Shown: positions 29,668-40,766, numbered from the stretch's first letter. The stretch: 64,000 bases of DNA from Candidatus Methanomethylicia archaeon (GCA_038727515.1 JAVYVS010000001.1:192001-256000), one strand, 5' to 3'. Program-made: numbers and translations. The notes: a model not told the origin generated them from the sequence alone.

Positions 29668-32511
29668 ATGGAGAATATGAAGAAGACAACCATACTTATC
29701 ATAGCCCTAATATTTAGCATCCTAATACTAGTATACTGTAAAGCAGAGACTATAAACTTCCAAATACTAAATGTAACTTGGAAAACCACAGCCAACACAC
29801 CAGCATACCCAGGAAGCAGAAATGTACAGCTAAGAATAGAATTGAAATATAATGGTACAGAAACCATATATGCATGTAACGGTAGAATAGGGGATCTACC
29901 AAACGGAGTAACCCCAAGTGCAGGACAGGGATATATAAGCCCAGCAAGAAACCCCAATGGAACAACGGTAACCACCCTATATCCAGGAGACATAATATAC
30001 TTCACATACCAACTTGACATAGAGAAGACAGTTCAACCTGGAAACTACACCATAACCCTAACAATAAGCTATAGAACTGGAACATGGATAACTGTTGAGG
30101 AAAAATACCAAATAAACATAAACATAAACAGTTATCCACCAATAAATATCAGCATTATAGATGCATATTTCACACCATCCCCATACCCAAACACATTAAA
30201 CACAAATCTGAGGGTAACCCTTAGAAATAATGGCGAATCAAGAATAACAGGTGGAACAGTAAAACTAAATCTCCCAAGCAACTTCAACCCCACAGAAATG
30301 AAACTTCAACTTCCAGCCATAGATTTAGGTGGACAAGCAACCATAGAATTCAACAATATAAACATAGCTGAAAACACGCAGCCAAACATTTACACAGCCA
30401 CTATACAATTCAATGCCACACTACAAACAAGAGACGGCGTTACATACAACGATACCATAACGAGAAATGTAAATGTAAAAGTTGACCCAACGCCAAACCA
30501 CCTAAAAATACTCATACCAACAACACTACAATGGGGTGAAACGAGACCAACACCCACATATCAAAACACTAGATACACAGCCTTAACCATAACAATAATG
30601 AATAATGGTGGATACGATGCACAGGGGATAACAGCCACAGTAGAATCACAATACCTAAAACCAGTAAAACCAGTAGACACATATCAAGGAAGATTAACCA
30701 CTGGAGGAACATGCACAATAACCCTATACTATGACGTAGACCCATATACACCATTAAAATTCAATATACAAATAACATTATCATACTGGGTAGATCTAGG
30801 TGGAGGAACCATGACCAAAATCACATCCACACACACTCAAACAATAAACATAGAGGAAATGCCGAGGGGTGGAGGAACAGAAATAATATCCACCACATGG
30901 CAAAACAATATAAACGTATACCCAAACACTGAAAACGCTACACTACAAATAACCATAGCCAATAAACAACCATACACAATAAGAGGTTTAAAAGCCACCC
31001 TAAAACTTCCAAATGGTATGAGTGGAAACAATGGGGAATACTCTACAACCTACATTAATGGGCCAATACAATCCTATGCAACCACCACAATACCAATACA
31101 AATAAGTATTGGAGAAATAAAACCGGGGAAATACAAGGCAAAATTAACCCTAGAATACATTGCAGAAACAGGAGGACCTGGAACAAAATTCATAGATCAA
31201 CATGAAATAACAATAAACGTTATAAGCGATATAGAAGCCATAGAAGTAATAAACGTATACTGGATGCAATCAACAGTGGAACCAGGCACATACGGTGCAA
31301 CACTAAGAATAGACATTAGAAACAACTATATAGACGCCATGAATGGCCCAATAATGGAAATAAAACTTCCAAAGGGATTCATAAACGCCTTCGACAATAA
31401 AAGCAACACAATAAAAGTAACACCAGTAACACAACAAGCAATACAACAATTAATACAAACACCAACAAACCTACAAACAATACTCACATTAATGCAAACA
31501 TCAACACAACAAAAACAGCAATATACAAGAGGAGAAACACTAACATTCATAGCACCCATAAACATACATGTAAACAAAACTGGAATATACCATGCCAATA
31601 TAACACTATCATACATTGATGGATGGGGATGCAAAAGAACAGTGGAAGAAACCATTGAAATACCAATACTTGGAGCCACAAAATTCATAAATGCTGAAAT
31701 AAGTGGGAGAATAAACATAAAAAGTAGGTATACCACATTAAACCTAACATTAAATTGCATTGGAAGTTCACCAGCATACAACGTATACATAACCCTAAGA
31801 TCACTACAAACAAACCCAATACTAATAGCAACACCATCAAACATATACCTAGAAAAACTACATGGAGAAATAAACATACCAATAAAATTCGCATACAACC
31901 CCACAGCATCACAAACAGCCCTAGGAGCAACAACAATGATAAACTATGGAGTAATACCCATATCAATACAAATACAATATAGAGATGCCTCTGGAAATCA
32001 ACACACATATGAAACAACAATAGCAGTAGCCATAGAACCATACATAGACCTAATAATAAAGGAATTAAAAGCTGAATTAACCAATGGAAACCTAAAGATA
32101 AGTGGAACAATAATAAACTATGGTTCAGCCACAGCCTACAGAGTAAAAATACAAACAAAAACATTAAAAACAAAAACCATAGGTGAAACATACATAGGAG
32201 ACATAGAAGCAGGAGGACAAGCAGCCTTCAGAATAGATTTAAAGGGTGTAATGGAAACAGAGGAAAAAGCAGAAATAACAATAATATATCAAAACATATT
32301 CAATGAACAATACATGAGAAGCATAGAAACAGAAATAACCAAAATTGAAATCACAACACCAATAGTAAAACAAGAAGAAACACCAATAACAAGCCTACAC
32401 ATAATAACGATAGCAGTAATAATCTTCCTAGCAATCATAGGATTAATATCATATAAAACCTATAGAAACTACATGAGAAAATTAAAACTAATGGAAATCG
32501 GTGAAAAATAG
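29668..32511 (+). CDS. Large surface protein with repeated Ig-like/COG1361 (S-layer-domain) modules
   Basis: Signal peptide, repeated W..(Y/E)P(G/N)..L.I.(L/I).N..PG.Y modules, C-terminal TM with basic tail. Confidence 0.75.
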   Translation: MENMKKTTILIIALIFSILILVYCKAETINFQILNVTWKTTANTPAYPGSRNVQLRIELKYNGTETIYACNGRIGDLPNGVTPSAGQGYISPARNPNGTTVTTLYPGDIIYFTYQLDIEKTVQPGNYTITLTISYRTGTWITVEEKYQINININSYPPINISIIDAYFTPSPYPNTLNTNLRVTLRNNGESRITGGTVKLNLPSNFNPTEMKLQLPAIDLGGQATIEFNNINIAENTQPNIYTATIQFNATLQTRDGVTYNDTITRNVNVKVDPTPNHLKILIPTTLQWGETRPTPTYQNTRYTALTITIMNNGGYDAQGITATVESQYLKPVKPVDTYQGRLTTGGTCTITLYYDVDPYTPLKFNIQITLSYWVDLGGGTMTKITSTHTQTINIEEMPRGGGTEIISTTWQNNINVYPNTENATLQITIANKQPYTIRGLKATLKLPNGMSGNNGEYSTTYINGPIQSYATTTIPIQISIGEIKPGKYKAKLTLEYIAETGGPGTKFIDQHEITINVISDIEAIEVINVYWMQSTVEPGTYGATLRIDIRNNYIDAMNGPIMEIKLPKGFINAFDNKSNTIKVTPVTQQAIQQLIQTPTNLQTILTLMQTSTQQKQQYTRGETLTFIAPINIHVNKTGIYHANITLSYIDGWGCKRTVEETIEIPILGATKFINAEISGRINIKSRYTTLNLTLNCIGSSPAYNVYITLRSLQTNPILIATPSNIYLEKLHGEINIPIKFAYNPTASQTALGATTMINYGVIPISIQIQYRDASGNQHTYETTIAVAIEPYIDLIIKELKAELTNGNLKISGTIINYGSATAYRVKIQTKTLKTKTIGETYIGDIEAGGQAAFRIDLKGVMETEEKAEITIIYQNIFNEQYMRSIETEITKIEITTPIVKQEETPITSLHIITIAVIIFLAIIGLISYKTYRNYMRKLKLMEIGEK

Positions 32512-33731
32512 TGTACACAATAATACTGGATTCAATAAAACTTGCAATAAAAACATTAAAAGAGAGGAAAATTAGATCAACACTAACAATAATTGGAATA
32601 ACCATTGGACCAATGATAATAGTAATGATGGGATCAGTAGTCTCAGGATACTCCAATTACATTGTAAACCAAATATCCACACTAGGACAAAACACAGTAA
32701 TCATATACCCAGAATCGGGATACACCCTTACACAAGACGATTTAAACTATATTAAAAACCTAGAATACATTGAAGATGCAGAACCCTTCTATGCCACCCA
32801 AGGAATAATAAAGAGAGGTGGAAGTGAAATACAAGTATACATATACGCCATAAAAACAGAATTAATATTAAAAGCCATTGGAGGACTAGAAATACTCAAT
32901 GGGAAAAACCCAAGTGAAGGAAGTACAATAGAAGCATTAATAGGATATAAAATAGCATACGACCAAAATGGGGAAAACCATTACAATATTGGAGACGCCA
33001 TAACAATAACCATAAGAGAAATCCAAGGGGGGAAAATAGCAAAAATAAGAAATATAAATGTGATAGTATCAGGAGTATTAAGTGAATATGGAGGAGCACT
33101 ACTACTAAGCCCAGATCAAACAATAATACTAAACACTGAAGCAGGAAGAAAACTCCTAGGATTAAAGAATTGGAGTGGAATAATGATAATATTAAAAAAC
33201 TCAGAATACATAGGTGAATTCACATCCACCATGAGGGAAACATATAATGGGAAAATATCCATAATAGCCTTTGGAGCCATAGCCAACATAGCCACAAGCA
33301 TAACGAGAGCAATAAACTTCATAAACTATACAACATCAATATCAACATTAGCAGTAGCCATAGCGGGAATAATGGCAACCATGATAACATCAGTAATAGA
33401 AAGAACAAGGGAAATAGGGGTAATGAAGGCAGTAGGCTTCACAAATCAACAAGTAATCATACTAATACTCATGGAAGCATTAACCATGAGCATAATAGGG
33501 GGAACCATAGGAATAACACTAGGAATAATAGGGGCATATACACTATCAAGCCAGGGACTAAGAATAACCAGTGGAACAACAACCATAATAATAACAGCAC
33601 AACCAGAAATAACACCACAATTAATAACATCCACCATCATACTAACACTACTAGTGGGATTAATAGGTGGAGCACTACCATCATACATGGCAGCAAAAAT
33701 ACCACCAGCAACAGCATTAAGATACGAATAA
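32511..33731 (+). CDS. ABC transporter permease (MacB/FtsX family)
   Basis: RKIRSTLTIIGITIG, SVIERTREIGVMKAVG, AAKIPPATALRYE. Confidence 0.93.
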   Translation: MYTIILDSIKLAIKTLKERKIRSTLTIIGITIGPMIIVMMGSVVSGYSNYIVNQISTLGQNTVIIYPESGYTLTQDDLNYIKNLEYIEDAEPFYATQGIIKRGGSEIQVYIYAIKTELILKAIGGLEILNGKNPSEGSTIEALIGYKIAYDQNGENHYNIGDAITITIREIQGGKIAKIRNINVIVSGVLSEYGGALLLSPDQTIILNTEAGRKLLGLKNWSGIMIILKNSEYIGEFTSTMRETYNGKISIIAFGAIANIATSITRAINFINYTTSISTLAVAIAGIMATMITSVIERTREIGVMKAVGFTNQQVIILILMEALTMSIIGGTIGITLGIIGAYTLSSQGLRITSGTTTIIITAQPEITPQLITSTIILTLLVGLIGGALPSYMAAKIPPATALRYE

Positions 33732-33755
33732 AATTATCTTCTAAATCTAATTAAC

Positions 33756-34955
33756 TCAAGTTAAAGAGTACAATACTATTGTGAAGATAAGTGAAGCTAA
33801 AACACTAGGAATAAGATACCTATAGGATCTAGATAAATTACTATTAAAATATTGTGCCGTATAAACATAGCATAAATGTATTGGAGAAGCAATATAGAAG
33901 AGGTAACTACTAATATAAACTCTACTAATATCCTTAACGCTAACATCTATAAATCCACCTATTATTGGAAGAGATAAAACTATTCCAGTAAGCGGTGAAC
34001 CAGTAAATAAACCTAAAACCCCTGGAATAAAGTATTCCAATATCATTAATGGTATACCCATACCCCTCAGAAAATTAGAGAGAATACTTGAAGCTCCAGT
34101 TAAAGTAAAAGTTTTCTGGAGAAGCATAGTGCTAAAAGCTGTAAAAGCAATATTTCTAACCCTCCTATCAGAAGCAGCCTTCAAAATACTTCTAAAATCA
34201 ATTCTACAAATGAAGATTATCGTTAAAACCCCTAGAAAAACCCCTAAAGTCATACCGAAATCCCCAAAGAAAATCCTCAAGAAAATAGCTGACACTAAAG
34301 AGATAAATAATGGCATTATGGAAAACCATAATGGAGTTTTAGCCTTCTCCAAAACCATATTAGAAGAATGCACACCACCACGACGATGAAAAGTAATTAA
34401 ATAACCAATTAAAATCATGAATAAAGATGTGGGAAACTGCATAAAAATTAAACTCTCAATTGACGTACCAGTTAAAGCACTAATAGTAACCATTAAACTA
34501 CTAAGAGGATACACAAGGAATATAGTATGCCTAAACCATACATTAGCATAAACAGCCAATTCACTATTAAACCCTAAAATACCACTTAAAGCCTCAACAA
34601 TGGGAGCAGACATTAAAGCTCCACCAGCCACAGGAAGCAAACCAATAATTGCAGGAGTAATTACAATAGCAAGTTTAGGACTACGTAAAACCCTAGCAAC
34701 ACTTAAACCCAAATCTCTAATTAGAGTAGTTAACCTATAAAGTTCAGCTAGAAAAGCTATGAGAGATGAAGTTAAAATTAGATACCAAGTGGAATATGAA
34801 GATAAAACCTCAAAGAAAACATTAATGAAAACCATAGGTTTAAGAAGGAAAATTAGAAAGAGGGAAGCCATGAAAAGAGTTAAACCAACATCCAAACCCT
34901 TCTTAATAAAGACTAATATGAGCATGAAGGAAGCTAAAACCACTATTAAATCCAT
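33756..34955 (-). CDS. DUF401 family membrane protein (putative transporter)
   Basis: PAIIGLLPVAGGALMSAP, NVWFRH, SPIHLC. Start moved to 34955. Confidence 0.82.
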   Translation of the reverse strand: MDLIVVLASFMLILVFIKKGLDVGLTLFMASLFLIFLLKPMVFINVFFEVLSSYSTWYLILTSSLIAFLAELYRLTTLIRDLGLSVARVLRSPKLAIVITPAIIGLLPVAGGALMSAPIVEALSGILGFNSELAVYANVWFRHTIFLVYPLSSLMVTISALTGTSIESLIFMQFPTSLFMILIGYLITFHRRGGVHSSNMVLEKAKTPLWFSIMPLFISLVSAIFLRIFFGDFGMTLGVFLGVLTIIFICRIDFRSILKAASDRRVRNIAFTAFSTMLLQKTFTLTGASSILSNFLRGMGIPLMILEYFIPGVLGLFTGSPLTGIVLSLPIIGGFIDVSVKDISRVYISSYLFYIASPIHLCYVYTAQYFNSNLSRSYRYLIPSVLASLIFTIVLYSLT

Positions 34956-35060
34956 CACCACAAGACCACCACACATCAACACTATAAAGTGAATTATATT
35001 ATGAAGTATAAACATATTTTAAATTTTATGCAAACAAAAATTGGGGGATATATAAGTTTA

Positions 35061-35552
35061 TTATATTGGTATACCAGTATCCTCCTTAATACTTTCAAGG
35101 GAAACTGAAGTCAAAGTCTTCTCAACACCCACAACCTTCCTAAGCTTATCCACAATAAATTGCCCAAGCTCATTAACATCCCTAACTTTAACCTTTAAAA
35201 TCATATCCCAATCTCCAGTTATAATATGAACCTCTTGAACCTCTGGAAACTTTGAAATTTCCCTAGCAACCTCCCTTTGATCAAGCTTTCTACCTCCAGC
35301 CTCATAAGAAAAGGATACAAGTATAAAGGCAGTAGTGGAAAAACCAAGTTTCTTCTCATCTAAAATAGCAACATAATTCTTAATATAACCATCACGTTCA
35401 AGCCTCTTAACCCTAGAGTAAACAGTGGTTACAGGAGAATTAACAATTCTAGCTAAATCTTTAACTGTAGCTTTACCATCCCTCTGCAAAATTCTTAAAA
35501 TCTCTTTATCTCTATCATCAATCAGAGGAATCCACCCCCAAATAATACTCAA
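35061..35552 (-). CDS. Lrp/AsnC family transcriptional regulator
   Basis: DDRDKEILRILQRDG..RVKRLERDGYI, ITGDWDMILKV. Confidence 0.93.
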   Translation of the reverse strand: MSIIWGWIPLIDDRDKEILRILQRDGKATVKDLARIVNSPVTTVYSRVKRLERDGYIKNYVAILDEKKLGFSTTAFILVSFSYEAGGRKLDQREVAREISKFPEVQEVHIITGDWDMILKVKVRDVNELGQFIVDKLRKVVGVEKTLTSVSLESIKEDTGIPI

Positions 35553-35600
35553 TAAATCTATTTACGTAAATAATCCATTTAAAATTTACCAAAAAATCTT

Positions 35601-36206
35601 TCAATTTAAAACTTTATTCAAAACCTCCATGAAGTTTCCACCAATAATATTCAGAGATAAACGTAGAGTTTCAATATTAAATTCCAAATCAAAATCCAAA
35701 TCTAAAACACCCTTCAAACCCCTAGAACCTTTAACCCTATATAGATATATGGTGTAAGGCTTATCACTACACCATCTATGTACAATTTCATCAGCTTCCC
35801 AATCAGGTATTGGAATAGTATGAGTAACAATTCTAGTTCCAGGTTTACATTCAAATCTAATTTTATCCTTCAACAATGAATATGCTTCACTAGTTAAATA
35901 CATGTAAATTACATTAGCCCTAGAAATTGGGAAATAAATTAAATCACCACAAACCACTTGAGCTAAATGTTGAAGCCCATACTCCTTAACTCTAACCCAA
36001 GCCCTCCTACAAAGTTTACGATTAATCTCAACACCAATAGTAAATGCTTTAAATCTACTTGCAGAAGCTATAAGGACATCGCCATCACCACAACCAAGAT
36101 CAAAAACAATATCCCCACTATTAACTCCAGCAATACTTAAAGCATCTTCAGCTACATCTAAACCACTACTACAAAATGGGGCGAGAACCCTATTAACACT
36201 CATCAT
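35601..36206 (-). CDS. Class I SAM-dependent methyltransferase (protein-lysine MTase-like)
   Basis: DLGCGDG, GVEIN, IYMYL, KPGTRIVTH, IYLY. Confidence 0.8.
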   Translation of the reverse strand: MMSVNRVLAPFCSSGLDVAEDALSIAGVNSGDIVFDLGCGDGDVLIASASRFKAFTIGVEINRKLCRRAWVRVKEYGLQHLAQVVCGDLIYFPISRANVIYMYLTSEAYSLLKDKIRFECKPGTRIVTHTIPIPDWEADEIVHRWCSDKPYTIYLYRVKGSRGLKGVLDLDFDLEFNIETLRLSLNIIGGNFMEVLNKVLN

Positions 36207-36316
36207 ACAACCATTAAAGTAACACCTTTAAAAAGATATCTAACTCTGAGAATCAAACTTAAATATAAATTAAACATAAATTTTTAATCTAAATCATACA
36301 GTGTAAAAGCCTTTAA

Positions 36317-37537
36317 ATGGATGGTGTAGAAATGCCTAGACGATTAATAGTAGACCTCCTATCCATATATGTACCAGCCTTCTTCATAATGACTGGAATA
36401 TCCATAGTATCACCAATACTATCAATATATGCAAAAAGCTTCCAAATATCCTATACACTAGCAACATTAATAGTATCCATATATGCAATTGCAAGATTCA
36501 TAGCAGATATACCAGTGGGGATAATGGGTGATAAATGGGGTAGAAAGAAGGCTCTAGTACTAGGAACAATAATACTCACAGTATCAGCATTCCTCTGTGG
36601 AACAGCACAAACCTTCTATGAACTATTAATCTACAGATTTCTACAGGGATTTGGATCATCCATGTGGATGACCATGAGACAAGCAATGCTACAAGACATA
36701 CTAAAACCAGAGGAGAGGGGGAGGATAATGGGATACTTCCAAGCATTCATGTTAATTGGAAGCACCACAGGTCCAACAATAGGTGGAATACTAGCAGAAC
36801 ATTATGGTTTAAGAGCACCCTTCTATGCATATGGCTTCATGTCACTAATAGGATTCATACTCTCATACATATTCATTGAAGAAACAAAACATTACCAAAA
36901 ATTTGAAGCCACTGGAAAAGAAAATAACAGCCATTTATCACTTGAAGTAGTTTTAAAAATGCTTAAAAACCAGAGTTACATGGCTGCATGCATAGCTACA
37001 CTAACAATGTTTCTAACTAGAACAGGACTTAGAAATACTCTAATACCATTATATAGTGATAGTATAGGGATACATCCAGATGAAGTTGGATATGCCATAA
37101 CCCTATCAAATCTAGCTAATCTAGCAGTAACAATACCAGTAGGTCATGCTCTAGATAAATGGGGTAGAAAGAAGATTGTAGTATTAAGTTTAATGACATC
37201 AGCAATATCCACATCCACATTCATATTAGCAAAAGATTTTCAAGCAATATCCATAGCATGCATACTCCTAGGATTAACAACTGGTGCAGGTGGACAAGCA
37301 CCATTAGCCATGGCTTCAGATGCAAGCATAGATTACCCACATGGATTAGCCATGGGATTATACAGAGTATTTGGAGATATAGGCTTCATAATAGGGCCAA
37401 TAATGATTGGAATAATAGCTGATAGCATAGGCTTAATATATGGATTCCACTTTACAGCAATCTTCATAGCTTCAGCAGCATTATACGTACAAATCTTCGG
37501 TAGAGAAACATTAAACATAAAGAAGAATAAAACTTAA
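36317..37537 (+). CDS. MFS transporter
   Basis: About 12 TMs, duplicated DKWGRK motif A, RFLQG. Confidence 0.92.
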   Translation: MDGVEMPRRLIVDLLSIYVPAFFIMTGISIVSPILSIYAKSFQISYTLATLIVSIYAIARFIADIPVGIMGDKWGRKKALVLGTIILTVSAFLCGTAQTFYELLIYRFLQGFGSSMWMTMRQAMLQDILKPEERGRIMGYFQAFMLIGSTTGPTIGGILAEHYGLRAPFYAYGFMSLIGFILSYIFIEETKHYQKFEATGKENNSHLSLEVVLKMLKNQSYMAACIATLTMFLTRTGLRNTLIPLYSDSIGIHPDEVGYAITLSNLANLAVTIPVGHALDKWGRKKIVVLSLMTSAISTSTFILAKDFQAISIACILLGLTTGAGGQAPLAMASDASIDYPHGLAMGLYRVFGDIGFIIGPIMIGIIADSIGLIYGFHFTAIFIASAALYVQIFGRETLNIKKNKT

Positions 37538-37573
37538 AACCTTAAAAAACTAGATAAATTCAAAGGATAAATT

Positions 37574-38158
37574 TTGATTGCAACATTAATATCAGTTTAC
37601 GACAAGAGAAATCTAGAGAAAATCCTAAAACAAATAAGTAGATTGGGTATGGAAATAATAGCAACAAGTGGAACAGCAAAATATATTGGGGAACTAGGTT
37701 ATAAAGCCATTGAAACCTCAGAATACACGGGATTCAAAGAAGCACCCATGGGATTAATAAAAACATTACATCCAAAGATTTACGCTGGAATACTATTAAA
37801 CCCAAAAATACCAGAACATAGGGAATACATGGAGAAATATGGAGTGAAATGGATTAAAATGGTGATAGTAAACTTCTACCCCTTCAAAGAAGAATGCATA
37901 AAGGGTTTAGAGAAAGCAGTGGAAAACATTGATATAGGGGGAGTAGCAATGGTTAGAGCAGCAGCAAAAGCAGCATTACTATATGGAGAAACAATAGTAT
38001 TAACAAATCCAGATCAATACGATGAGGTGGTAAGTGAAATTGAAAATTATGGTTGGATTGAGAAAAAGAAGATAATTAAATTGGCTGTAGAAGCCTTCAA
38101 AAAAACTTGTGAATATGAAAATGAAATATCAAAATACTTGTTGGAGGCGTTGAAATGA
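37574..38158 (+). CDS. purH: IMP cyclohydrolase domain of PurH (stand-alone)
   Basis: ISVYDK, TSGTA, IKTLHPKIYAGIL, VNFYPF, ENIDIGG..RAAAK. Confidence 0.88.
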   Translation: MIATLISVYDKRNLEKILKQISRLGMEIIATSGTAKYIGELGYKAIETSEYTGFKEAPMGLIKTLHPKIYAGILLNPKIPEHREYMEKYGVKWIKMVIVNFYPFKEECIKGLEKAVENIDIGGVAMVRAAAKAALLYGETIVLTNPDQYDEVVSEIENYGWIEKKKIIKLAVEAFKKTCEYENEISKYLLEALK

Positions 38159-39276
38159 ATATTAAAAACATAAAGAGTCTAAGGGAAATATACAGTAGAC
38201 AATTAGAAAGCGAAAATCTACCGAGAGAATTAAAGATAATCATAGATGGAGTGGAATATAGATATAAGAGGATGGATTTAGAAGATGAAACATTAAAATT
38301 GAGGTATGGATTAAATCCACATCAATCATCAGCCATATATAAACCAGAAGATGATATGGGATTCAGTAAAATAAGATTATTAAAAACTGGGAAGGGAGGA
38401 TTATCATCAAATAATATAAATGATGGATACAATGCCATGAGGATAACATCATACTTCAAAGATAAAAGGGCAGTTTCAATAATAAAACATTTAAATCCAG
38501 CTGGAGTAGCCATAGGAGAACTCAACACCAATGGTGGATGGATAGTGGAAGAAGCATGGGGTGTAGATCCAAGAGCATCATATGGATGTGTAATGGGTTT
38601 AAACTTCAAAGTAGATTTTGAAACTGCAGAAGCAATAGTAAAACAAGATAAATATGTTGAATGCATATTTGCACCAGAATACAGTGAAGAAGCCCTAGAA
38701 ATCCTCTCTAAAAAGAGAAGTTTAAGGGTAATTGAAGTACCAATACCAAAAGTTCAAGATCCAATCCAAGAACATAAAATACCATTAAACATACGGGTAA
38801 TTGGAAATACAATAATCTTAGAAGAACACTTTAAAACAAAATTAACAAGTATAGAAAAGTTAAGGGAATTAGATGAAAAAACAGAAACAGGAGTAGTCAC
38901 CAATAGAAGACCAACACCAAAAGAAGAAGAATGGATGTTATATGCATGGTGGATATGTGCAGAAAAGAGTAGTAATGGAGTAGTATTATGGAGGGAGAAT
39001 AAAACCATAGCAGTAGCCTGTGGACAACAAGATAGAATTGGAGCAATAGAAATAGCCATAGAAAAAGCTAAGAGAAACAATCATAAAACCATGGGAAGCG
39101 TACTAGCTTCAGATGGTTTTATGCTCCCAGACAACATACCACCACTAGTAGAAGCAGGGGTAACAGCCATAATACAGCCTGGAGGATCAATACATGATGA
39201 ACAAATAATAGAGGAATGTAATAAACATGATATAGCAATGATATTCACTGGAGAAAGAATATTTAGACACTTCTAA
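38155..39276 (+). CDS. purH: AICAR formyltransferase domain of PurH (stand-alone)
   Basis: LRYGLNPHQ, KHLNPAG, ASDG, IIQPGGS, FTGERIFRH. Confidence 0.88.
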   Translation: MNIKNIKSLREIYSRQLESENLPRELKIIIDGVEYRYKRMDLEDETLKLRYGLNPHQSSAIYKPEDDMGFSKIRLLKTGKGGLSSNNINDGYNAMRITSYFKDKRAVSIIKHLNPAGVAIGELNTNGGWIVEEAWGVDPRASYGCVMGLNFKVDFETAEAIVKQDKYVECIFAPEYSEEALEILSKKRSLRVIEVPIPKVQDPIQEHKIPLNIRVIGNTIILEEHFKTKLTSIEKLRELDEKTETGVVTNRRPTPKEEEWMLYAWWICAEKSSNGVVLWRENKTIAVACGQQDRIGAIEIAIEKAKRNNHKTMGSVLASDGFMLPDNIPPLVEAGVTAIIQPGGSIHDEQIIEECNKHDIAMIFTGERIFRHF

Positions 39277-39327
39277 TAGTAAATAATATATATAGGTATG
39301 TTAAATACATATATAGGTGAAAATAAT

Positions 39328-39708
39328 ATGTGTCATTACCCACACCACCATAAACATGAAGAAGAAGAGGAATATCATCATGAAGAAATATGTCATCATA
39401 AAGCAATACCAATAAGAGGATTTGCACATCTAGCAGTATTAAAAATATTAAAGGATAAAAGCACTAGCGGAAGTGAAATACAGAAAACATTAAAAGAAAA
39501 TTATGGATTTGAAGTTCCTAGACCAATAATATATGGATTACTTAGGAGAATGGAGTTCATGGGATTACTCACATCAAGATGGGATACAAGTGAACCTGGA
39601 CCTGCAAAAAGAATATATACAATAACTGAAGAAGGATTAGAATATCTTAATAGAGGATTGGAAAAAGTAAGTAAGTTAAAGGGTTTAATAGAGAAACTCT
39701 TATCTTAA
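39328..39708 (+). CDS. PadR family transcriptional regulator with His/Glu-rich N-terminus
   Basis: IYGLLRRME..GPAKRIYTITEEG; start ATG 39328 after AGGTGA. Confidence 0.88.
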   Translation: MCHYPHHHKHEEEEEYHHEEICHHKAIPIRGFAHLAVLKILKDKSTSGSEIQKTLKENYGFEVPRPIIYGLLRRMEFMGLLTSRWDTSEPGPAKRIYTITEEGLEYLNRGLEKVSKLKGLIEKLLS

Positions 39709-39719
39709 ACCCCATTTTT

Positions 39720-40766
39720 CTAACGTTCTAAAACACTTAAACCCTCAATACATTTTAAAGCAAGATTTATAGAAGCTTTAATATCATCAACATGAGCTAT
39801 AGCTGAAGAACCATGAATATACCTACATGGAACAGCAATAACACCACTGGGAACACCTCCACGAGTTAAATGTATAGCGGCAGCATCAGTACTACCACTA
39901 GGAACACGTTTAAATTGATATGGAATATTATTCCTATCAGCAGTTTCCATAAGCACTTTTAAAACCTTTGGATGAGCAATCATACCAGCATCAGCAATAG
40001 TTAAAACAGGACCACGTTTTAGAAATGCTGGAATTTGATGGGATTTAACATCTGGAGTATCAGCGGCAAAAGTACCTTCAATAGCAATAGCATAATCTGG
40101 TTCCACAATCCAAGCAGCAGTTCTAGCACCCCTCAAACCAACCTCCTCTTGAACAGTGGCAACGAAAACCACATTAAACCTACTATCCTTAAGTTTCTGA
40201 AGAAGTTCCACAAGTATTAAACATCCAATTCTATCATCAAAAGCTTTACCAAAAATATAACCTAAACCTAAATCTCTAAATTCAGTATGGAAAACAGCTG
40301 GACAACCAATATCTAAACCTCTAGCTTTAACTTCATCAATACTTGTAGCACCAACATCAATATACATGTCCTCTATAGGTGGAACCTTATCACGACGTTC
40401 AGGGGGAGTAATATGTGGAGGAGTACTACCCACAACTCCATATACAAATCCACTTCTACCCTTAATCTTAATGATCTGTCCAGGAATTATTTGAGCTACA
40501 ACTCCACCTAGAGGATGAAAATATAGAAATCCCTTATCACTAACATTAGTTATTAGAAATCCCACTTCATCCATATGTGCAGCAATCATAATCCTTGGAA
40601 GACTACTATCACCATGTAAATAACCAATTAAATTTCCAAGTCTATCCACTTTAACCTCATCAGCAAATTTCTCAAATTCCATCTTCAATAAATCTCTAAC
40701 TTCATCTTCAAAACCAGGAGGCCCAAAGGCATTAGATAATTTAGCGAGATAATCTAAATTAACCAT
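39720..40766 (-). CDS. M42 family (TET) aminopeptidase
   Basis: AAHMDEVG, KAFDDRIG, VQEEVGLRGA, STDA, RYIH. Confidence 0.93.
   Translation of the reverse strand: MVNLDYLAKLSNAFGPPGFEDEVRDLLKMEFEKFADEVKVDRLGNLIGYLHGDSSLPRIMIAAHMDEVGFLITNVSDKGFLYFHPLGGVVAQIIPGQIIKIKGRSGFVYGVVGSTPPHITPPERRDKVPPIEDMYIDVGATSIDEVKARGLDIGCPAVFHTEFRDLGLGYIFGKAFDDRIGCLILVELLQKLKDSRFNVVFVATVQEEVGLRGARTAAWIVEPDYAIAIEGTFAADTPDVKSHQIPAFLKRGPVLTIADAGMIAHPKVLKVLMETADRNNIPYQFKRVPSGSTDAAAIHLTRGGVPSGVIAVPCRYIHGSSAIAHVDDIKASINLALKCIEGLSVLER

Noticed and set aside
16266-33688. Many long antisense and alternate-frame ORFs (e.g. 16266, 18961, 19315, 20148, 26482)
   Set aside because: Shadows of well-supported genes, explained by the strand bias; no motifs.
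35601-35730. AAATC(C/A) micro-repeats and C-terminal extension of the methyltransferase
   Set aside because: Short low-complexity coding sequence (DLDFDLEF), not an array.
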